Assembly (NCBI RefSeq): GCF_002087085.1 | Contig: NZ_MWQY01000003.1 | Span: 186,001-250,000 of the forward strand | Direction: 5' to 3' | DNA length: 64,000 nucleotides | Translations under genes and position numbers: made by a program | The notes under the pieces: model-generated | What the model was told of the DNA's origin: nothing | The model's database searches: none | What the model saw: the letters and a program-made list of their open reading frames with translations, nothing else | Shown here: one piece after another, positions 59,818-64,000 of the stretch | How positions within the stretch are numbered: position 1 is the stretch's first letter | Layout of the letters: the number at the start of each line of letters is the position of its first letter

Positions 59818-62800
59818 TCACTCCTCAAACCCGAAATCGTCGAACTTCAGCACATTACAGTTCTCTGCGATAACCCGGCGTTTTTCGTCGCTTAACCCAT
59901 CCGGAACATGGACATCTATGTCGAGGTTTATTTTTACTTCAGATCCAACAATACTCGTGAGGTGCTGCAGCACTTCTTCCGAGATTTTTCCAATTTCCCG
60001 GGAGATATGCAGGGGGTCGATTTTTTTATGGGCATAAAAACGCCGCTGCGGATTATCCACAGTGATGTGCTCAGCTGGTCTGGCTGTTGTATCGTGATTA
60101 TTTGCAGCTTCACCGCTGCCATGGGGAGTTGTACCCGGTTCCGGGTATGCTGAAGGAGCATTATTCTTAGGTTCAGATTCGGCTGCCTTCAACTGCTGTA
60201 CTGCTGCTGCGGCCTGAACAACAATCCCTCTCTCCGTATTTATTGAAACCACCCTGCCTGCCTTCAAGCCCTGATAGCGCTGAGCGTTATCATCGTAGCT
60301 GTCGGCATAGGCAAAACCGTCGCGTTCCCATTCGGGCAAGGCTATTCCGTCGATTACTGCGTTTTCAAGGACCTTTACGCTGGTAACTCTAGGAAGGTAG
60401 GGATAGGTAAAAAAATACTGAATCAGGTCCTTAACAGGAACATGAGAGCCTTTCCAGAGAGGGATTCGATCAAGGTCGATTTTCAGGTTCGATCCGCCCA
60501 TTTCAGCTTGCAGGATTCCTTCGGTACGCAGTTTTTTCGACAGACGTACTGCAAGGGCTTCACTGCCCTGCAAACGGTACTCCGTCAGTTCTATACTTTT
60601 CTTTGGATCCTCCTGGTACGGGACAAGGGCCCAGCAGAAGGTTTCCGGAATTTGCAGCTGTACTGTGCCTGCACATGAATCACGCTGTTCCTCCGCCTGC
60701 CGTATCTGATCAGGGGTCAAATTCAGCGAAACCCTGTCATCAAGAATGCTCTGCCAGGCAAGGTATATTCGCACCGCCTTGTTAAGATCGACATTGCGGC
60801 TTTGATCCGCAGCCAGAAATACCAACGCGTTTCGGTAAATACGGGGTGCGTTGCCCCGGGAATTGAGGATCTCTTCAGCCTTTTCACGAGCGGAAGAGGC
60901 CGCATCTCCTTTCAGGTGGGTGTTGTCGGTACTCAGCACGACCAGTCGGGTCGACATTTCATCGAAGATATCGGCTCCGCCCTGGGGAAATACGTGTACC
61001 TTCTGAAAACCACCGGTATCAGAAGCAGCAAGCTCAATCCGCCGCTGGATCTCTTTCCACACATCATGGGAATCGATCTGCCCCGCCCTTCCCTGGGCTA
61101 TTTTTCGAACTGTGGGCTGGGTGGAATACCAGTAGCGGCGGTTATCAACATAGAGGTAGGTTGCGTTATCCGCCAGCCTGCGCAGGGCATCTCCAAAGGT
61201 GGAGACGGCCTCACCGGGCTGGACGCAGCCGAGTTTTATTTCCTGTTCATCAATGCCCCGTTGAGCTGCGTGCTGGATCGGGGCGGATCCAAGGTAGATG
61301 GTCCGGGCCACCCTACGTACAGCGGAGTATCTTCCCAGATTGGTATTCTCTGAATCAATTTTTCTGGGCAGGGACTGGTCTCCATCCACATCATGGTCAA
61401 TAACCGGTTTCCAGTTGTCCTCCAGATAACGGGTCAGCTCACTCTTTACGTCAGGATCATCTATGGGGATGGTGGAGGGCATTATCAGCAGACTGCGGTC
61501 ATCCTTTTCCCAGAGAGAATAGATTACCGTCGCCATAAGGCGCAGCACACCCCGGGTCCTTTGGAAGCGATCGAGGGTGGACCAGGTGTTATAGAGCTTG
61601 TCGAACAGGTCTGGATGAACGGGATATGCCCGCTTGATGCGTTCCCTGTAGTCGACCTCCTTACACTCCGGGGGAAAATCCTGACTCTGGTCAAGATACA
61701 TGTCGGAAAAGGCCCTGGCAACGGCATCGAGGGCTTTATGGTCCAGCACGCGGCGAAAGAGCCTGCGGCGTACAATCTCAAAGCCTTCCTCCGCGGTCGC
61801 AGGACTCCAGGGGGTATGCACGCGACCGATGGCATTCTTCAGCCGGTCAAGGGCGGCCTGCCCGCCTTTCCCCCCGATTTCGTTATCCGAGGCCGGCACA
61901 CTGACTACAAGAAAGGTATTTTTCGCGTTCTTGGCAGACTCGCTCAAGGTCTGGGCAAAGGTAAACTGGGTATCGAAGGTCCCCGACGGCAGAGTGTCTA
62001 CATCGTAGAACTGCCGGGCATAGGCAACCCACTCATCCACCAGGATCAGGCAGGGTGAATAGGCATCGAAGAGCTCCTTTAGGGCATCCCCGGGATTAGT
62101 CGAAGTGGCATCGGATTCGGCTATCATGGCATAGGCATCCCTGCCGCCAAGCTGCCAGGCGATCTCTCCCCAGAGGGTATTCACCACGGTTCCATCAGCT
62201 TTTTTGTCGGGTTTGCCGGGAGGGATTTTATTCCCGACGATTACTGCCCGGTTTACTTTTTTAGGGACTTCTATCCCCAGCTCCTTGACCAGGGAGTCAG
62301 CCCCGGCCAGTTCCGAGGCAGCGATGCCGGAAAAGAGATGATAGAGGGCCAGCATGGAGTGGGTCTTACCACCGCCGAAGTTGGTCTGCAGTTCCACCAC
62401 TGGGTCTCCACCGTTCCCGGAAATACGCTTCAGTCCGGTTTTAAGCAGTTCATTGAGACCTTCAGTAATGAAGGTCCTGCGAAAAAATTCCCTGGGGTCC
62501 AGGTATTCTCCCGAGCCCCTGCCAAGATACACCTCCCAGAGGTCGGCGGCAAACTCGGCCTGGTTGTAGTTGCCCGAGGCAACATCCTTATGGGGCTCGA
62601 TTACCTCCCGCCAGGGTTTAAGACCGGAAGCCGTTTCTGTTTTTACCTTAACGGTAACCTTCTTCCGTGCTTCCTTGCGGGCCTGCTCGTTAAACCGGAT
62701 CCGTAGAAGATCCTGTTTTTCCGTATTTATCGCCCCTGATGCCGGAGAAGCAATGGATTCCAGGAGCAGGCCGATGCTGTCGAGGGCCCGATAGGCTTCG

Positions 62801-63123
62801 TCCGTGGAAAAAGGCTGCTGATGGGCCCACTGATTGCGGGCATCCTTGATCTGGAAAACCAGGCTGCGATCGCTGCGCCCCAGAACATCGGAGAAGACCT
62901 CGTTCCAGCGGACCTGCATAATCGTCAGAAGCACCTGGATATCCCAGCTGGCAGGGTCTTCGCTTATGGAACCGCCGTACTGGTTTGAGCTGAATATGGC
63001 GGCAATATCCTGAAAATAATTTTTTCCCAGCTTTGTCCGCACCTGGCGGAACACAAAGGGTGTAAGTTCCCTGTTCAGTGTATCCAGGGCTTTTCCTACC
63101 CGTTCTGCATTACTCAACGCCAT
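59818..63123 (-). CDS. Swt1-like HEPN + DUF499 AAA+ ATPase
   Basis: N-terminal RNQWAH (Rx4H), PWREVIEPH.DV, EFAADL, TNFGGGKTH, LVDEW, YPVHP, FQRTRGVLR. Confidence 0.85.
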   Translation of the reverse strand: MALSNAERVGKALDTLNRELTPFVFRQVRTKLGKNYFQDIAAIFSSNQYGGSISEDPASWDIQVLLTIMQVRWNEVFSDVLGRSDRSLVFQIKDARNQWAHQQPFSTDEAYRALDSIGLLLESIASPASGAINTEKQDLLRIRFNEQARKEARKKVTVKVKTETASGLKPWREVIEPHKDVASGNYNQAEFAADLWEVYLGRGSGEYLDPREFFRRTFITEGLNELLKTGLKRISGNGGDPVVELQTNFGGGKTHSMLALYHLFSGIAASELAGADSLVKELGIEVPKKVNRAVIVGNKIPPGKPDKKADGTVVNTLWGEIAWQLGGRDAYAMIAESDATSTNPGDALKELFDAYSPCLILVDEWVAYARQFYDVDTLPSGTFDTQFTFAQTLSESAKNAKNTFLVVSVPASDNEIGGKGGQAALDRLKNAIGRVHTPWSPATAEEGFEIVRRRLFRRVLDHKALDAVARAFSDMYLDQSQDFPPECKEVDYRERIKRAYPVHPDLFDKLYNTWSTLDRFQRTRGVLRLMATVIYSLWEKDDRSLLIMPSTIPIDDPDVKSELTRYLEDNWKPVIDHDVDGDQSLPRKIDSENTNLGRYSAVRRVARTIYLGSAPIQHAAQRGIDEQEIKLGCVQPGEAVSTFGDALRRLADNATYLYVDNRRYWYSTQPTVRKIAQGRAGQIDSHDVWKEIQRRIELAASDTGGFQKVHVFPQGGADIFDEMSTRLVVLSTDNTHLKGDAASSAREKAEEILNSRGNAPRIYRNALVFLAADQSRNVDLNKAVRIYLAWQSILDDRVSLNLTPDQIRQAEEQRDSCAGTVQLQIPETFCWALVPYQEDPKKSIELTEYRLQGSEALAVRLSKKLRTEGILQAEMGGSNLKIDLDRIPLWKGSHVPVKDLIQYFFTYPYLPRVTSVKVLENAVIDGIALPEWERDGFAYADSYDDNAQRYQGLKAGRVVSINTERGIVVQAAAAVQQLKAAESEPKNNAPSAYPEPGTTPHGSGEAANNHDTTARPAEHITVDNPQRRFYAHKKIDPLHISREIGKISEEVLQHLTSIVGSEVKINLDIDVHVPDGLSDEKRRVIAENCNVLKFDDFGFEE

Positions 63124-63144
63124 CTTTTACCTTCCTGTTATACG

Positions 63145-64000
63145 CTATGAAAAAAGTTCCTGTTGGGTTTCCCGGCCCTTGTAGACTGCAGCCAGCCGTT
63201 CAATCTCGCTCCAGCTGGTTATAAGCCCGTTGTAGGCAAGGCCGTCACTGGTCCAGTTTTTGCGTTCGCAGATCGAATAGAGCAGGTATGCAAGCTCCCG
63301 GGCGGCATCCGCCTTCTGCGGTCCGACGGCATGAAGTACCCGGGCGGCGGCCTCCTCCCCTTTTTTCTGCAGCTTCCTGCATAGGTGCTGGGTCACCATC
63401 CAGACCGGTACACCGGTATCGGTAAAGGCTTCCCAGTCCGGGTCCAGGTCGTCCCGGCTGACAAGCTGCACCTTGCCTTTACCGGAGACCACAATCCCCT
63501 GGGCGGCTACATCCGCTACGGTAATGTCCTTGGCGTTGGCCAGCTGTTCGGCAACGCCATAATCAGCCTCCTGAATGCCGTACTGCTGGAACCAGACGAC
63601 AGCCCAGCGGGTAAAGCGGTCGAAATCAGCCTCCTGTTCATTCAGGATTTCGTCCAGGACCTGATTAATAAGCCCCAGGGCGACCCTGACCGTCATTGCA
63701 GAACCGTCGGATTCCAGTACCCGGTGATGGCGGGAGAAGACCGCCATCCCCGGCCCGATGGCCGACTGGGCCAGGTCCACCGGGGCAATGTTCCCCGCCT
63801 GAAAGGCCCGTAATCCCTGGGGGAGCTCGGAACGCAGAATGCGGATAAAATCGCTTCGGCGGATGTCCGGGGCGGTCTCGTCCCGCTTGCGGCAGACCAG
63901 GACAATGGAGGAAGCCAGGGCGTTTGTGCCGATACCAACTGCCCTGTTCGCCATCTCGGTGCGCATGGGCCAGGTGCCGATTATCTGGAACCCCGTCTCC
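63145..64000 (-). CDS. DUF1156-family adenine methyltransferase, C-terminal part (gene starts beyond window)
   Basis: GTWPMRTE, NALASSIVLVCR, IAPVDLAQSAIGPGMAVFS; directly upstream of DUF499. Confidence 0.8.
   Translation of the reverse strand, partial: ETGFQIIGTWPMRTEMANRAVGIGTNALASSIVLVCRKRDETAPDIRRSDFIRILRSELPQGLRAFQAGNIAPVDLAQSAIGPGMAVFSRHHRVLESDGSAMTVRVALGLINQVLDEILNEQEADFDRFTRWAVVWFQQYGIQEADYGVAEQLANAKDITVADVAAQGIVVSGKGKVQLVSRDDLDPDWEAFTDTGVPVWMVTQHLCRKLQKKGEEAAARVLHAVGPQKADAARELAYLLYSICERKNWTSDGLAYNGLITSWSEIERLAAVYKGRETQQELFS

Overview
Bacterial chromosome window, probably from a free-living spirochaete (inferred from the E-DUF2764-A-B-D-I-K V-ATPase order, a large spirochaete-type LptD-like gene and a Bdr-like repeat protein). 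Bases 1-32,030 are core genome, mostly minus strand: TPR protein, corC, ybeY, 7TM-HD phosphodiesterase, phoH, lptD-like, uvrA, Gld-like ABC system, ispG, V/A-type ATPase, rsgA, murI and a NatAB-like ABC pair. Everything after tRNA-Gly(TCC) at 32,251 is accessory. (1) A 16.5 kb integrated element bounded by a perfect 48-bp attL/attR repeat. It carries a tyrosine integrase, Xis-like HTH, RepA/AAA_25 helicase, a decayed IS3 and a five-gene DISARM-like operon with class II order (drmE-A-B-C) but an NPPY amino-methyltransferase instead of a 5mC enzyme. (2) A ~3 kb array of eight ~60-80 bp REP-like inverted-repeat units built from CAC(G/T)AC hexamers. They bracket two GxxExxY PD-(D/E)xK nuclease genes (each with a large SD-sequestering 5' hairpin), a fitAB/vapBC toxin-antitoxin pair and a Bdr-like gene. 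This is the best candidate for an undescribed system. (3) An ADP-ribosylglycohydrolase. (4) An AT-rich LacI-regulated sugar ABC/kinase/aldolase cluster. (5) The distal part of a DUF1156 methylase + Swt1-HEPN/DUF499 ATPase putative defence operon running off the right edge. All assignments come from reading motifs by eye; no database searches or computations were run.
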